From Octopus sinensis (Eukaryota), in NCBI RefSeq assembly GCF_006345805.1, contig NC_043000.1, forward strand, positions 45,198,001-45,262,000: a DNA stretch of 64,000 bases, in the 5' to 3' direction. Shown in pieces: positions 26,401-39,512 of this stretch. Under the pieces are notes generated by a model, which was not told the origin of the DNA, searched no databases, and saw nothing but the letters and a program-made list of their open reading frames with translations. A program made the position numbers and the translations under genes. How positions within the stretch are numbered: position 1 is the first letter of the stretch; each line of letters begins with the position of its first letter.

Positions 26401-26734
26401 TCAGCATATACATGTTGCTTCTATCAAGAGCTGGATGGTTTTACTGTGTACAAAGTTAATTATTTATGATTGGCATATTGGCATCATCTGTAGCAATGTG
26501 AATACAGAAATACTATTTCGATGTCCATTAATTCTCCAGAGTGATACCACCCTTTGGTAGACTTTGTTTTTCATCCTGTGGTGAGTCCAAAGAGAAAACA
26601 TAACTTCCTCCTCCTTCTTCTCCCCTCCTTCTTCCCTCCTCTTTCTCATCATCATCATCATCATCATTATTTTTATTATAAAGCAGCAAGCTGGCATAAT
26701 CATTTGAGTTTTGGAGAAAATGCCTAACTGCACA

Positions 26735-26896
26735 TACCCAACTCTTTTCATTCAGAGTTTCAATTCAGCCAAAGTTGACATTACCTTTCTTCATTTCAGG
26801 GTGAATAAAATGAGTCCTAATCAACCACTTGGCTCAATATAATCAACTTACCCGTCCCCCGTAATTGCTGGCCTTGAGCCAAAATTTGAAACAGTT

Positions 26897-26931
<35 letters not shown>

Positions 26932-27190
26932 TATATTATTATTATTATATTATTATTATTATCATTATTATTATTTAAAGCAGCGAACTGGCAAAGAAGC
27001 AAGTCCAACAAAAGTTTTAGTAGTATTTCACCTGTCTTTACATTCTTTGTTCAAATTCCACTGTAGTTGACTTTGCATCTCATCCCTCCAGGTTCACCAA
27101 AATAAGTACCAGTTGAGTGCTAGGGTTGAAATAATCTACTTAACTTCTCACCCAGACTCACTTGCCTTGTGTCAAAATTAGAAACTATTA
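26735..27190 (+). mobile_element. Two degenerate SINE family B units separated by (ATT)n
   Basis: ttcaaattcc..gttgactttgc..aaataagtaccagttgag motifs shared with 43465-43698. Confidence 0.7.
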
Positions 27191-27203
27191 GCATCATCTT
27201 CAT

Positions 27204-27234
<31 letters not shown>

Positions 27235-27324
27235 AGCAGCAGTAGCAGTAGTAGTAGTTTGTAGATCTGTATGATAGAGATGCATGTTTGCCATGAACAG
27301 TCATCTGAAATTTGTTCTCTAGCA

Positions 27325-27728
27325 TTTTACTCTTTTACTTGTTTCAATCATTTGACTGCGACTATGCTGGAGCACCACCTTTAGTCGAGCAAATGGACCC
27401 CAGGACTTATTCTTTGTAAGCCTAGTACTTATTCTATCAGTATCTTCTGCCGAATCGCTAAGTTACGGGGATGTAAACACACCAGCATTGGTTGTCAAGC
27501 AATGTTGGGGTGACAAACACAGACACACAAACATATACATGCACACACACATATATATATATATACAAATATACGATGGGCTTCTTTCAGTTTCCATCTA
27601 CCAAATCCACTCACAAGGCTTTGGTCGGCCTCAAGCTATAGTAGAAGACACTTACCCAAGGTGCCATGCAGTGGGACTGAACCTGGAACAATGTGATTGG
27701 TAAGCAAGCTACTTACCACATAGCCACG
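27325..27728 (-). mobile_element. SINE family A
   Basis: Reverse complement of the family; head slightly truncated. Confidence 0.9.
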
Positions 27729-27911
27729 AAATTTATATCAAATTATTTACTCTTTTAAATAGTATTGCCAGAAAAGAAGATGTAATGTTTATAATTATTG
27801 CTAAACAGTGAAATTAGTATTGTTAATACTTTGCCTGTGCTTGTGCAGAAAAAAATGTGGGAAAGACTCAATGAAAACCGAATACATACAACAGAGAACC
27901 ATTTACATGCA

Positions 27912-28315
27912 ATAGGCATAGGAGTGGCTGTGTGGTAAGTAGCTTGCTTACCAACCACATGGTTCCGGGTTCAGTCCCACTATGTGTCACCTTGGGCAAG
28001 TCTCTTCTTCTATAGCTTCGGGCCAACCAAAGCCTTGTGAGTGGATTTGGTAGACGGAAACTGAAAGAAGCCTGTCGTATATATGTATGTGCGTGTTTGT
28101 GTGTCTGTATTTGTCCCCCAACATCGATTTACAACCGATGCTGGTGTGTTTACATCCCCATACTTAGCGGTTCGGTAAAGAGGCCGACAGAATAAGTACT
28201 AGGCTTACAAAGAATAAGTCCCGGGGTCGATTTGCTCAACTAAAGGCGGTGCTCCAGCATGGCTGCAGTCAAATGACTGAAACAAGTAGAAAAATAAAAG
28301 AGTAAAGAGAGTGAT
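27912..28315 (+). mobile_element. Full-length SINE family A
   Basis: Colinear with 9401-9810; head-to-head with the 27325-27728 copy. Confidence 0.92.
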
Positions 28316-31300
28316 AAAGATACCAAGGAATTGGGATGGTGGTGAGTTAATACTCACCTTAGTTTAACTCATATATTTCTAAAGTATCTATAAGTAAGTG
28401 GTGTTTACTGTTGGTGATCTATATTTTGCAGGATATGCATTGAGGACTCTGTCTTGTTATTGCATTGGATTAATAAGATTTAGTTTTTATTTTTATTCTT
28501 TTTTATTTTTTGTAAAATACGAAATATGAAATGTTCCACTGTTATACATTGATTTTAATACAATACATTATAAAAGGCAACAAACAATTAAACTAGTTTT
28601 AAAAAATAAATATGTAGCTGAGAAGGAAAAAAAATCAGCACTTCAAATGATTTTAATTATGGAAATAATGCAGGAATATGTCACAAAAGAGAAGTTGAAA
28701 ATAAATGCCTTATTGAATAAGCAATATCTATGTTCTGGATTCTAAAAGAAAACTCAAAAATTATTGTTGATATTGCAAGACGTTATTTTATGCCTCAAAA
28801 TGAATTTAATAATAAGTTGTTTTTTTTTCTTTCATTAATCCAATGTGCATGGTTACAAAATTTATAATACATAAGAGAAATTTGAAAAACAGTTGTGTGT
28901 GTGTGTGTGTGTATATATATATACACACACACACACACACATGTATACATGCATATACACATATATATGTACATACACATATAAATATAAACATATATAC
29001 ATACATATATTTATATACATATATATACATATATATATAAATATATATATATATGCATATTTACATACGCATAACATTGAAGCATATTCCTACATTCTTG
29101 CATTATTTCCCTAACTTAGGGAATGATATATTAAATTTCTAAATGTTTTATGAAAAAACATTCAAATTCTAAGGCTTTTCTTTGAGCACATCCCACATAT
29201 GTTAATATGGAAAGAACATTCTAAGAAGGTATGGAAAATAGTTGTTTTGCTTTTTTTTTAATTTTAAAAACCATCATCGAAAAATGCAGAATAACTCAAC
29301 AACAATCTGAATATTTTTCATAAATTTGTTCCAAGTGAAAATTATTAATTTCCAAATTAATTTTTAAAAAATCGTTTGTTAAGAAAGATGGATAGGTGGT
29401 ATTTCATAAATTTCTACTTAAGGGAACATAACTGCTGGAATCTAAAATATTTATAGTTCTCTTCTATTCTATATTTGTTTTCCATATCTTTATGTCTCAC
29501 TCATTTACTTATTCCAGCTATTTGGAACAAAAACAAAGCATAGTTATTTACATATGTATGAGTAAACATATACATTTATAAATGTATATGTGTGTGTGTT
29601 AGATATTGTATTTTATCATATGACAGTGTGATAAATAAACTTAATATCTGATATTTTCTAAGAAGAGATATCTCCCAATGATAGGATTAGCTCTATCACA
29701 CGTGGAAGGGAGATGCTCATATTATATGATATAAACAGTGAACTATCATTCAAATATCTTTAGCAGACCCATAGAAATATTTGATCTGAACACTAGGAGT
29801 TAAAATAGATATTAATTTAGTGATGGAGAGTGAATAGAGAAAGAGTACAGCTTTTCCCTACTATTCAGCTACCAAAAAGTAGTGGTTTGTAGTATCTAGT
29901 TCCACTTTCAAAAATAGCCCCTCAAACCATTGCATTCCCTTAGGTCCTAACATATGGTAGGTCAAATCAATGGAAAGGTTCTCAATGTACAAGGTAAGAA
30001 ATATATTTTCTCCCTAAAGCTCGTATGTTGTAGTACATATCTTTCAATTATAATTTTCAATTTTTAATGATGTCTTGTTATAATTTCACTTAAGCAGGGA
30101 TGAATAAACTGGTGCAGTAAATAACTCAATTGCATGAACATAAAGGAATAATTTTATGTACCAAAGGATAGTTGATACTTTTCATTGTTATACTGAAAAT
30201 GTGCTGTTTGTTACAAACCAACAGACTGAGGCAATAATATACAATTATTCAACCCACAAATACAATGAAATGCTGTCAGCAGATTTAAACTGATAATTAT
30301 TAAGCAGTTGATTAGATAATTTAGTTTGCAATTTTTAATTTACAATAATTTGAATGGTTTTGTTTTTAATTTTGTTTGCTTTTTTCTTGCATAAAGCGTT
30401 TATTAAACTACTTAAGACAAAATTCTTATATATGCATATGTACATATATAAACGATTAAATAATGACAGGTTCTACTTTTTTTCTAACAAATTGTCATGC
30501 TTACACCCTGCAGATAAGACTGCAAGCTGTTATGAATAATAATAAATGCAAGCTGTAATAAATATACGCAACTCACTGCATCAGAAAATATTTCATGATA
30601 TTCTTTCTTTAGGTATGAAATCTTCAGAAAAATTTGATAGTAAGGCCTGCAATCTGAAGACCTCAACAGTGACTAGCATGTAAAGATATATGCCTGTCAA
30701 TGAGTCAAACTGCAGGTTGCAGTTCCTTGGCTTATTACCAAAGCGAGAACATTGGCACTGGCGACTGTGTCACAACACTTCACATTTTCAATGTCTTATT
30801 TTCCCCTTCTGGAATGAATAAATTCTACATGTATACTTACTCTTTTATTCTTTTACTGACAGCAGTCATTTGATTGTGATGCTGTTGGGGAATAAATGAC
30901 ATGCAATAAATTTTAGTTGGTTAAAGTGATCTAACGTTTTGTCTGATATTTTATCATCCACAGAAAAAGAACATGCAAAGTTGACATTGCTAGGTTTCAA
31001 TTTTGCAATCAAGTTTTATGTTTTCACAATCAAACACTACAAAAGATTTGACTGTTGTTTTACTAATTCTCAGTCCAACTGCTTTTAAGGACAGATAATG
31101 AAGTAACCAGAGTATATCTATCCCATCATCATATATTACTTCCTGTTTTTGCATATTATATGTTCTTGTGTTGATGTTTTCTTAAAGACTTTGTGTTATA
31201 TTCTCAACCCTTTTTTAATAATTTAATTTATTCTCTTTGATACTTGCACTCAATTACTTTTCATGCTCAACATGCTTCTAATGCTAACACAGGTATCTAG

Positions 31301-31344
31301 TTACAATTTGTTTGCCTTATATGCTCATGTAAATGCCTAATTTT

Positions 31345-31625
31345 TTAAAACCAAATTTAACCTGAAAATCTGGGGGTGGTGAAGTTGTAGAAATTCCTGA
31401 CAGCCACTTCTGACTCATTCCACAGATATGGCAAGGAGCTGAATCCTTCTGCCACACACATGGCCTTCCAGCAGCTAGTCTCTCCAGTCAGGCATTGACC
31501 AGTCTCCAGAAGTTTCACATAGCCATCTGAATTGAACTTAAGACTCTGATCAAAGGTGTGGGAATGAATTTCAATGTTTAGTGCAATAATAATTCCAGTT
31601 GTGTCCGTTCCTGTTCTCCATGTCA
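31345..31625 (-). mobile_element. Tc1/mariner transposase relic
   Basis: LKFNSDGYVKLLET, then in a shifted frame RLAAGRPCVWQKDSAPCH..SQKWLS (second catalytic Asp motif, QQDxAPxH type). Confidence 0.75.
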
Positions 31626-31697
31626 AATCTTACAGCCCTTACAGTGTTTACAGAGAATTATATCAGTAGCAGAATCTTAAATAATCCCTTAAAACTT

Positions 31698-31945
31698 AAG
31701 TGGTTCTCAACCAGGCTCCATATGGCCCTTGGAGGTTCACATAAGATTTTGTTGTTAGAATTTATGTGCAAAAATCAGTTATATGCAAATATTTATAACA
31801 ATCTTTTTTTATACAATTCCTAATAATATTTAATTATAAAAATATAATAGGATTTTTTAAACATGGAATGATTATGAAGGTCCACTCCAATAAAATAAGA
31901 ATCAAAGCGGGTCCATAGGTAACAAAAAATGGTTGAGAAACACTG
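31698..31945. mobile_element. hAT/Charlie-like MITE
   Basis: Terminal inverted repeats agtggttctcaacc and ggttgagaaacactg. Confidence 0.7.
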
Positions 31946-31947
31946 TC

Positions 31948-32182
31948 TTAACCCTTTCGTTACCAACCCGGCTGAAACCGCCTCTGGTTCTGTTGTACAA
32001 ATGTAAATGTCTTGTTTACATAAGTTTTGAATTAAAATGTTCCACCAAACCTTAGCCACAATTTATGATCCTAACACTAGCTGAATGATAACTAAGTTAT
32101 TTTACTAAATTCTTTGTTATATTTCAAGAAATTGAAAGAAACACAGAACATCTCAAAATAAATACAGTAACAAAAGAGTTAA
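31948..32182. mobile_element. piggyBac-like MITE
   Basis: TTAA-ccctttcgttac ... gtaacaaaagag-TTAA; TTAA target sites at both ends. Confidence 0.75.
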
Positions 32183-32769
32183 ATGAATAAAGAAGGAAAC
32201 AAGAATAATTTCTGTAATAATAAGAATAATCACCTAGTATACATACCAAGATGTATTCGTCTGTGTAAATATGACCATGTAACTCTTAATAACATATTTG
32301 TTTTATTTATATCCATAATACTTTATTGCATATTTTTATTAAGGCCTTACATATCACACTAATTAGGTAATTCAATGCTGTTTAAGGCTGTGGATATTAA
32401 AACAAAAATGATAAAGCATCAGTGAAGGAAAATGAATGTGTAGGCTTTATGTATATAAACAAAACTGTAATAGTTGCTTTAACAAATTTGTGGCGAATGT
32501 AATCTTTTCAGAAACAGAGTTCTTTAAGGTCACTCTGTTTATCATATTCAGCACTGAATAAGCATCGATAATTATCTGAAGTGATTTATTTCCTCACGTG
32601 AATTGTCTTTATCATTACTGTGTGTAATTACAGGCTGCACACTGTCTGCCGCTGCTACTGCCATCACTACTACTACTAATACTACTACTACTACTAAAGT
32701 GCTAAATCATAGTATCTCATGAATCTCAAGCATTATCCTGTATTTACTTTAAAATCCCAGATTCCTTTT

Positions 32770-33110
32770 ACATGAATGTGAAGTTGCAGGCTGGAAAGCA
32801 GAGCATTTTCCAATTGAAGTCAGATGTTGAGAATTCGTTGGACACAGTGTGAGGTGACCTTTGTTATCATTAGGCCTAACCCATCGTAAAGAAAATACCA
32901 CCATGAATGAAATCCAAACTACAGTGAAAAAGGTTAGCCACTGGATTAGGTTAAAAAGAGATGATGAGCAATGGCTAGAAGAATATTGAGCTTTATATGA
33001 TAATCAGTTGCTCTAGCAAGCAGGGCTTCATATCAGTGAGGGAGGGCAGTGCGCAATGAGGCCATCGAGCAGTAGGCCGCGAAATGGCATGATTCTCTCC
33101 TGATGACTCC
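32770..33110 (+). mobile_element. HERO/NeSL-like LINE 3' fragment (RLE C-terminus plus 3' UTR)
   Basis: CEVAGWKAEHFPIEVRC resembles GWxxxxxPVEVGCRG; EIQTTVKKVSHWIRLKRDDEQW* resembles AEKASHWIWLKR. Confidence 0.6.
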
Positions 33111-34569
33111 ATACACTTGCTGGCTTCCAGTATGTGGGGCTTTTGACTGATAGCACTTGCAGTGCAAGTTGTTTGCAAAACATCTAAATGATATAGATTT
33201 TCAATCACAACAATTTCTAAGTACTCTCTTAGTAACTTTCTTCAGCATTTGGGCCATTTGCAAAGCTAATCTCTGAGGTTTATTGCATATCTTTCTCCAT
33301 TCACTTGCTAGTTCCTCTGAAACACCAAATTTTCTTGGTGTTACATAATTATTTATCATTCTTCTTAAATATTGCCAGCTTGTTGTTTTGTTTATTTATT
33401 GGTCAAGATAGAAAATGCAGCAGAATGTATAGTCTTAATAGGTATGTCCATATTGGTGATGATTATCTTAAATCTCTGCCATTGATGTTTACAGATGAGA
33501 AATGAAAGCAAGAGTTAGGCAAGTTCTATAAAAATGAAGTTTTGAGGTGAATTGGGTAAAGTATTTAGTATAGCACAAAATAGGAGTGACATAAGGAAAA
33601 CGTGTGGATATACAATTTAGACTTGCTTCATTTCAGCCTTTACTTACAGTAATTACAAAATCATTTTGTTGTCTTAGAAAGTAATAAGATCAAGAGCAAT
33701 AATAATTATGAGTTGAAAAGATGGAGAAGTGGAGTATGAAGTATAGAGTCTTCAGTACAAGATTATATTTAATCAGAAATGATGGAGAAAAGTTGTTGAT
33801 GTAGTTTAGATGCTTAATTAATTTCTGAAGTCACTTAACAGAAATATCATGCACACCCATGAAGCTGTTATTTCACTTATTGCACACACATCTACACTAA
33901 CACACACATCCACCAATGATGTAGAGTAATTATCTCACTAATTGGTATCAATCACACAGGTCATAGTGATGTCTCATTATCTTAGCTTAACATATGTCCA
34001 GTTATTTATTCAGAAAGTACATTTAATCGAAAGAGCTAATCACTAAATTTGACATACATTTCCTTTATTGACAGTGAAAATGTGTATAACCTATATATGT
34101 TGGCTCACATTTACTATTCACTGAAGACCTAATACATACATCAATATATCAATTATACAAGCAGTTTGGAAGTTCTAATATCCTCTTCTAACATTATCTT
34201 ATACAGCTAGTAGGAATAAGGAAAAGACTATATACGTTATTGAATTTATCTAATTAAGGCAGTTGTAACAAGTTCTTGGCATTTTTTATGGAAGATAAAT
34301 GCAAACAAGCTCATTATATACAAGAAAAATACAATATGCATCTTAGACTCAGTGTAATACATTTTATAAACTAAAAACAGCTCAATTGTCAACGGTCTTG
34401 GTTGTGTTCTATTTATAAGAAAACTTGCACTTTATGATTAAGAAGAGGAACTAAATATAGTTGTAGTTAGGCTAAAGAGAGACAAAACCAAAGGTTTTTG
34501 AATTTTAGTCATCATCAGTAGAAGTATTGTCTTTGCAGAAGCTCAGAAGTCATGTAGAAACTATCTTAC

Positions 34570-34759
34570 TATGACTGAAAAGTTCCTGGCCTTGAGTAAA
34601 AGAAAATACAGGATTTTATTCAACATATTCCCCTCTCAGATTCACACACTTATTGCAGTGGTCCTTCTGTTTTTCTAAGCCCTATAAAGGACCTGGAAAG
34701 GTGAGCCTCCAATTAGGCCTTTCATGATATAGAGAAAGCCAGGAATTTTACAGCACCCC
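34570..34759. mobile_element. mariner-type MITE
   Basis: Inverted ends ctgaaaagttcctggcctt and aaagccaggaattttacag. Confidence 0.7.
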
Positions 34760-36544
34760 TGCTTATAGAAAAATGTTTGTATAAACATTCAGTGGCATCA
34801 GGAAATTAGATTAATTGACAATTTAATTATAAAGATGTTATGAGTTGCTAATGTCATCGTATTTAACTTTTACTGATATCAGAAGCATTTGAAATAATCA
34901 AATCCAAATTCTTTTATGACTTCTTACTAGCTCAGTCTAATGTGTAGTTAAAGCATAGTAAGGTTAATCTTTTAATTGTTTGTAACTATGTTTCTCATGA
35001 TTAGGTTGCACTATATATTTTAATTAGTTTTCTATATAATCAAGACTTTGGAAGTTTTAGTACAATACTGTAACTTTATGTATTTGTATATTATATTGGT
35101 GACAACCAACCAAAAATCTCATGATGCCAGCCATGCTATATATCCTTTCTTTTCAAGATTTTCATTTAAATGTGAACAGGCAAGATTAGGTAAGTTGGTA
35201 TTAAGAAGGTAAAGTGTAATGCTAAAAAAGCAAGAAGAAAGCTTAAATTTAAAACCCATTGAGTATTGGGGAATAATGCAATGAAATGTGTTTCTTTTCT
35301 TCTAAAACAACAACCAAATTTTTAGATTCTATTAGAAAAGAGTGAAAAATACTTCTCTATCCCAGAAGCTATGATGCATATGTCTTCACTATAAAGTTTC
35401 TATCAGATACATATATGTTTATTGCCAGTAGCACCAAGTAATATAACATTCTTCTCATTCTCTTCTCCTTTGCATTTTGCTCCATTTCCTTTGCCTAAAA
35501 GGCACTCATAGTCTGTCCTAGTTGCCTTTGCAAGCTTTCCGAAACATCTGAGTTAATCATCCTTGAGTAACAGATACAAATTTGTTTATACCTGAGTCTT
35601 AAGCTTCTATCAAATAGGATTGATCATGTATCTGTATGGGGAAAATTCTCCTACAGCAAAACTTTCAAGAAAAACCAATAGGTACCCACGTAGCAATACA
35701 CCTTTTCTCATGCTACTAGCCTCAGAGCCAATGTGTAATGCCAGTTTCTTCAGACAAGAGAGCAGTCAATATAATTGATATCAGTATCTTTTGAGCAGTT
35801 ATTTAGTTGCCACACTAGTGTAATGAACAGCACAGTCAAATCTGACATAGACCATTGAGCAAAAAAAGCTAAATACATGAGGTCAATAAGCTACAGTTTG
35901 TGCCAACTCACTATACTAACTTCTTAAATGATTATATACTAGATTACAAATTAATATTCATAAGATCATTAATACGACTTTCTTAATTTGTGTCTTCATT
36001 TCAGAGCAACTTGATTAGTGTTGTAATTGATGATTATCTAGTGTTCTCTTAGATCTTCTGAAGTGGTACACAATCTACAAGAGTTTATTTTCTTTTTATT
36101 CAAAGAACAAGGTATAGAATTGCTTTTAAATGCTTTTTTTTTCCTCTTTTACTGTTAAGAGCAACATTTTATTTTTACATTGCTGTAAGAATTTTTTCTT
36201 GATTTTCTTGTTTATACACCAAGCAAATCTCCATAACTGTACTGTTGTACAATTATGATGAGTTGTAATGTGTTAATGCAATTATATATTTTTCAAACTA
36301 GCTTCAGAAATGAATTCTTGTTTTTTTTTTTGGTATTTACATCTACACTGCATTGCAATCTATTGTAATCATGGATTGTTTTTACTCATGGAATTGTACA
36401 TAGCACCAAACACTTATCCCCTATTCCACTGATGCAGGTACTCCAGGATTTAATCTAGTTTGATACAATATAAAACATCCACTGATGTTGATCTTGGGTA
36501 AAAATGATTGCTTGTGGAGTAGAACTAAGGATAAATTAATGATG

Positions 36545-37140
36545 CGCAGGCAGGGCTGTGTGGTAAGATTCCCAACCACATAGTTCTGGGTTCAGTTCCA
36601 CTGCATTTATTGTCAAAGGATTTGGCAGATGGATGGAATCTGGAAGAAGCTTGACCATACCATCATCATCATCATCATCATTTAACGTCCATTGTCCATG
36701 CTGGCATGGGTTGGATGGTGTGACCAGGGCTGGCAAGCTGAGGGGCTGCACCAGATTCCAGTCTGATTTGGCATTATTTCAATGACTGGATGCTCTTCCT
36801 AATGCCAACCACTGGCAGGGGTACCAGTTGTGTGACACCAGTATCCATCATCACTACGATTTCACTCAGTTTGATGGGTCATCTTCTCAAGCATAGCATA
36901 TTGCCAAAGGTCTCAATCGTATTTCATTGCTTTTGTGAGTCCCAACACTCGAAAGGTGCATTTTACGTGTCACTGACACAGGTGCCAGTTATATGACACT
37001 GGCATCAAGTACATTGCTTCTGTGAGGCCCAACGTTCAACAGGTGCTTTTTATGTGCTATCAGAGGCCTCCATGAGGCCCAACACTCAAAAGGTGCCTTT
37101 TGTGTGACACCAGCACAGGTGTCAATTATGTGACACTGGT
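36545..37140. mobile_element. Degenerate SINE A head (+) abutting SINE family C (-)
   Basis: ggctgtgtggtaag..ggttcagttccactg at 36555-36605; (cat)n-tttaacgtccattgtccatgctggcatggg tail and ggtgc..tgtg..ac units from 36655. Confidence 0.75.
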
Positions 37141-37444
37141 ATCGGAAATGTGTGTTTGTATATATGTACATGGATATTTATATGTGATATACAGTGGGAG
37201 AGGGGAGGTCAAAAGAAGGAGAGTAGCTCAGTTGGGATAAGAAAAATTGTCGAAGCACTTCTATGAATAGCAACAATCTGAAAGTCACAAAAGGGAAATA
37301 TTCTCTATGATACTTTTGTTTCAATTTACAGAAAATCATAAACTCTATTTCCCTAGAGTATGAATAACGAGAACCGAAAATTGAAATTTGGGATATCACT
37401 TTTATTTCATAGTTGACAATTGTTTCTACAAAATTAAATTAATT

Positions 37445-37675
37445 TCCCAAAGGCTACTGGAGTTCTGTGATGCAAATAACCTATTGATCTGCAACACCAA
37501 CTTCAGGAAGCTAGCCAACCACCTGATAACCTACCAATTAGGTGACTATGCTAGCCAGGTAGGTCGATTACATTCTCACCAGCCAGCACGATGCATGGTT
37601 GTTCCTAAATACAAAGACCCTCCCTGATGAAGAATGCACCTCCAAGGATGGACTAGTCATTAGTGACTTTAGTAA
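37445..37675 (+). mobile_element. RTE-clade AP-endonuclease fragment
   Basis: RLLEFCDANNLLICNTNFRK..ITYQLGDYASQ, then shifted DYIL..KTLPDEEC..LVISDF. Confidence 0.85.
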
Positions 37676-38464
37676 CTCCATGATCTATTTATCTCTGATG
37701 CATACTAATAAACTACCATTCATTTGTTGCTTCTCATCATGTTTTGCATGAAAGATTTCTACAAGTTTAATAATATATGTTTATATATTCTTATCTCCAT
37801 TACACATGTTTCCATGGTTCTCATCTTCATTTATAGCTTAACTGGTTTAGAATATCATTAAATGCTTACATTATTTTCATGACTTATGCACAAAATTTTC
37901 TACATACATTCCTGTAATATATATGTATATATCTTCCTATTAACTATCTTTGCTCAATTTGGATTTCTAATATGCTTTATTTATAGTTTAAAAGTGTGCA
38001 TGCTTTCTCCTATAACATTTGGCTAACATAGTATTTCCCTGTATTTGCACAATTTTTAGCATGCATTGTTATTATTATCCTTTTGTTTTTCAGTCAATAT
38101 AATCATGTCTATTACCTTCACCCTGTCTTGACAATTTCTTTTATAAAAGTTTTTTTTCAAATTAGTTCCTTCGGTAAATGAAATCCACCAGTTTCTTTTA
38201 GCCCCAATCAAAATTTTTTATCAATTCTGAATATTTTACTGTACAAATTTATTTATGATTATATATACATCTTTTTCTAAAATACCATTTTTATATTTAT
38301 TGGAAGTCTCCAGCTTCCAATAAATATAATATAAATAACTTTACTCTCATACAAGTTGTTAACTTTCCATTGTATGTGTGTGTGTGTATGTATGCAAGTA
38401 TGCATGTATGCATGTGTGTATCTATGTATGTGTGTATACATGTATGTATGTGTCTATAAATGAA

Positions 38465-38830
38465 TTGGGACAAAGACCAAAGAACTAAAGCAAAGAGGAA
38501 AGGCAAAATCTGACAAAATCAGAAAACACAAAGAAACAACCAATAAATGCAAAATCACATTTTTCAATCAAACCAGAAATTCTTATTTGATATTCTTGAA
38601 GGAAAAGTGACGAAATGCTGAAGAAAACAAGCTATTTTTGGAAGAAATTTGTGAAAAAATGCCAAATAATAATGTAGCACAGTGGATAAAGCCAGTGCAA
38701 AATTATACTGAAAAACGAGGCCCAGAAAGATGTTGCTATCACGAAAGCAAATATATGAATGCAATTTCAAAATATGAGGTAAGTAGAAAGCAGCAGGATT
38801 GGTCCAAGGAGTTTATGAGTCTCTAAGACG
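38465..38830 (+). mobile_element. Decayed R4/Dong-clade fragment
   Basis: ELKQRGKAKSDKIR, NAEENKLFW, NNVAQWIK and KAAG.VQG match the long element's LKQKVQAKAQRIR..FWKRIW..NADWI..WKSPG. Confidence 0.55.
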
Positions 38831-38908
38831 TTTACAAGTGCTCAAAAGGAAATTTCTCAATTCGTAATGCTTGATTAAAATGATGTCTTCACACTATGAG
38901 AGTAAAAC

Positions 38909-38940
<32 letters not shown>

Positions 38941-38941
<1 letters not shown>

Positions 38942-39405
38942 GATGGGCTACAGCAAATATTCTGCTCAATACCACAGATTTGCTTGTCAGTTGTTTGACC
39001 TTAACTATTTGAGCATGTCCCTTAGTGACTGACGATATGTGCATCTCTGATCATGAGCAGAAGTAGTGGGGGAGCATCATAGCCATGTGTTGAGAGGGAT
39101 TCTTTGGGGTTTGAATAATTCACCTCTGGAAACATGGGTGTTTCATTCAACATCCTTAAACAACCCTTCTTCAGGGACCTTTAGAGCGGGATAGGTTACT
39201 TGACCAGAAGAAAATTCTAACTGGGCCCCACATGCAAGGTCATGTGCTGTTTGTCTTGATATGAGATCACCATGTCTCACACATATGGTTGTGATGCATG
39301 TGCCTGGTGTACCCTTATCAGACGGGTATTCATGATAGGCATACTGGGCTTTGTATGTTTTACCCCAGAGTCACTTTGATGGCATGCACTGCTCTCTCAC
39401 TCAAT
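38941..39405 (-). mobile_element. (ATT)n-flanked non-coding interspersed repeat (SINE-like)
   Basis: Flanked by (AAT)n on both sides; the ttgagtgagagagca..ccatcaaagtgac end recurs on + at 45319-45490. Confidence 0.7.
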
Positions 39406-39512
39406 AATAATAATAATAATTAATAATAATTAATAATAATAATCCTTTCTTCTGTAGGCACAAGGCCTGAAGTTTCCAATGCGATTTCAATACCGAGATG
39501 AATAGATGTGGT

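Noticed and set aside
28340-28359. Palindrome ggtgagt-taat-actcacc giving 5' splice-site motifs on both strands
   Set aside because: Only 7-bp arms; no supporting exon on either strand.
33075-33112. Type II hammerhead (GAAA...CTGATGA) in the HERO-like 3' UTR
   Set aside because: Stems I and II cannot be formed and the triplet would be AUG (non-cleavable).
38620-38779. Exon ending at strong GAG|GTAAGT donor
   Set aside because: No acceptor; sequence matches an R4/Dong N-terminal relic in shifted frames.
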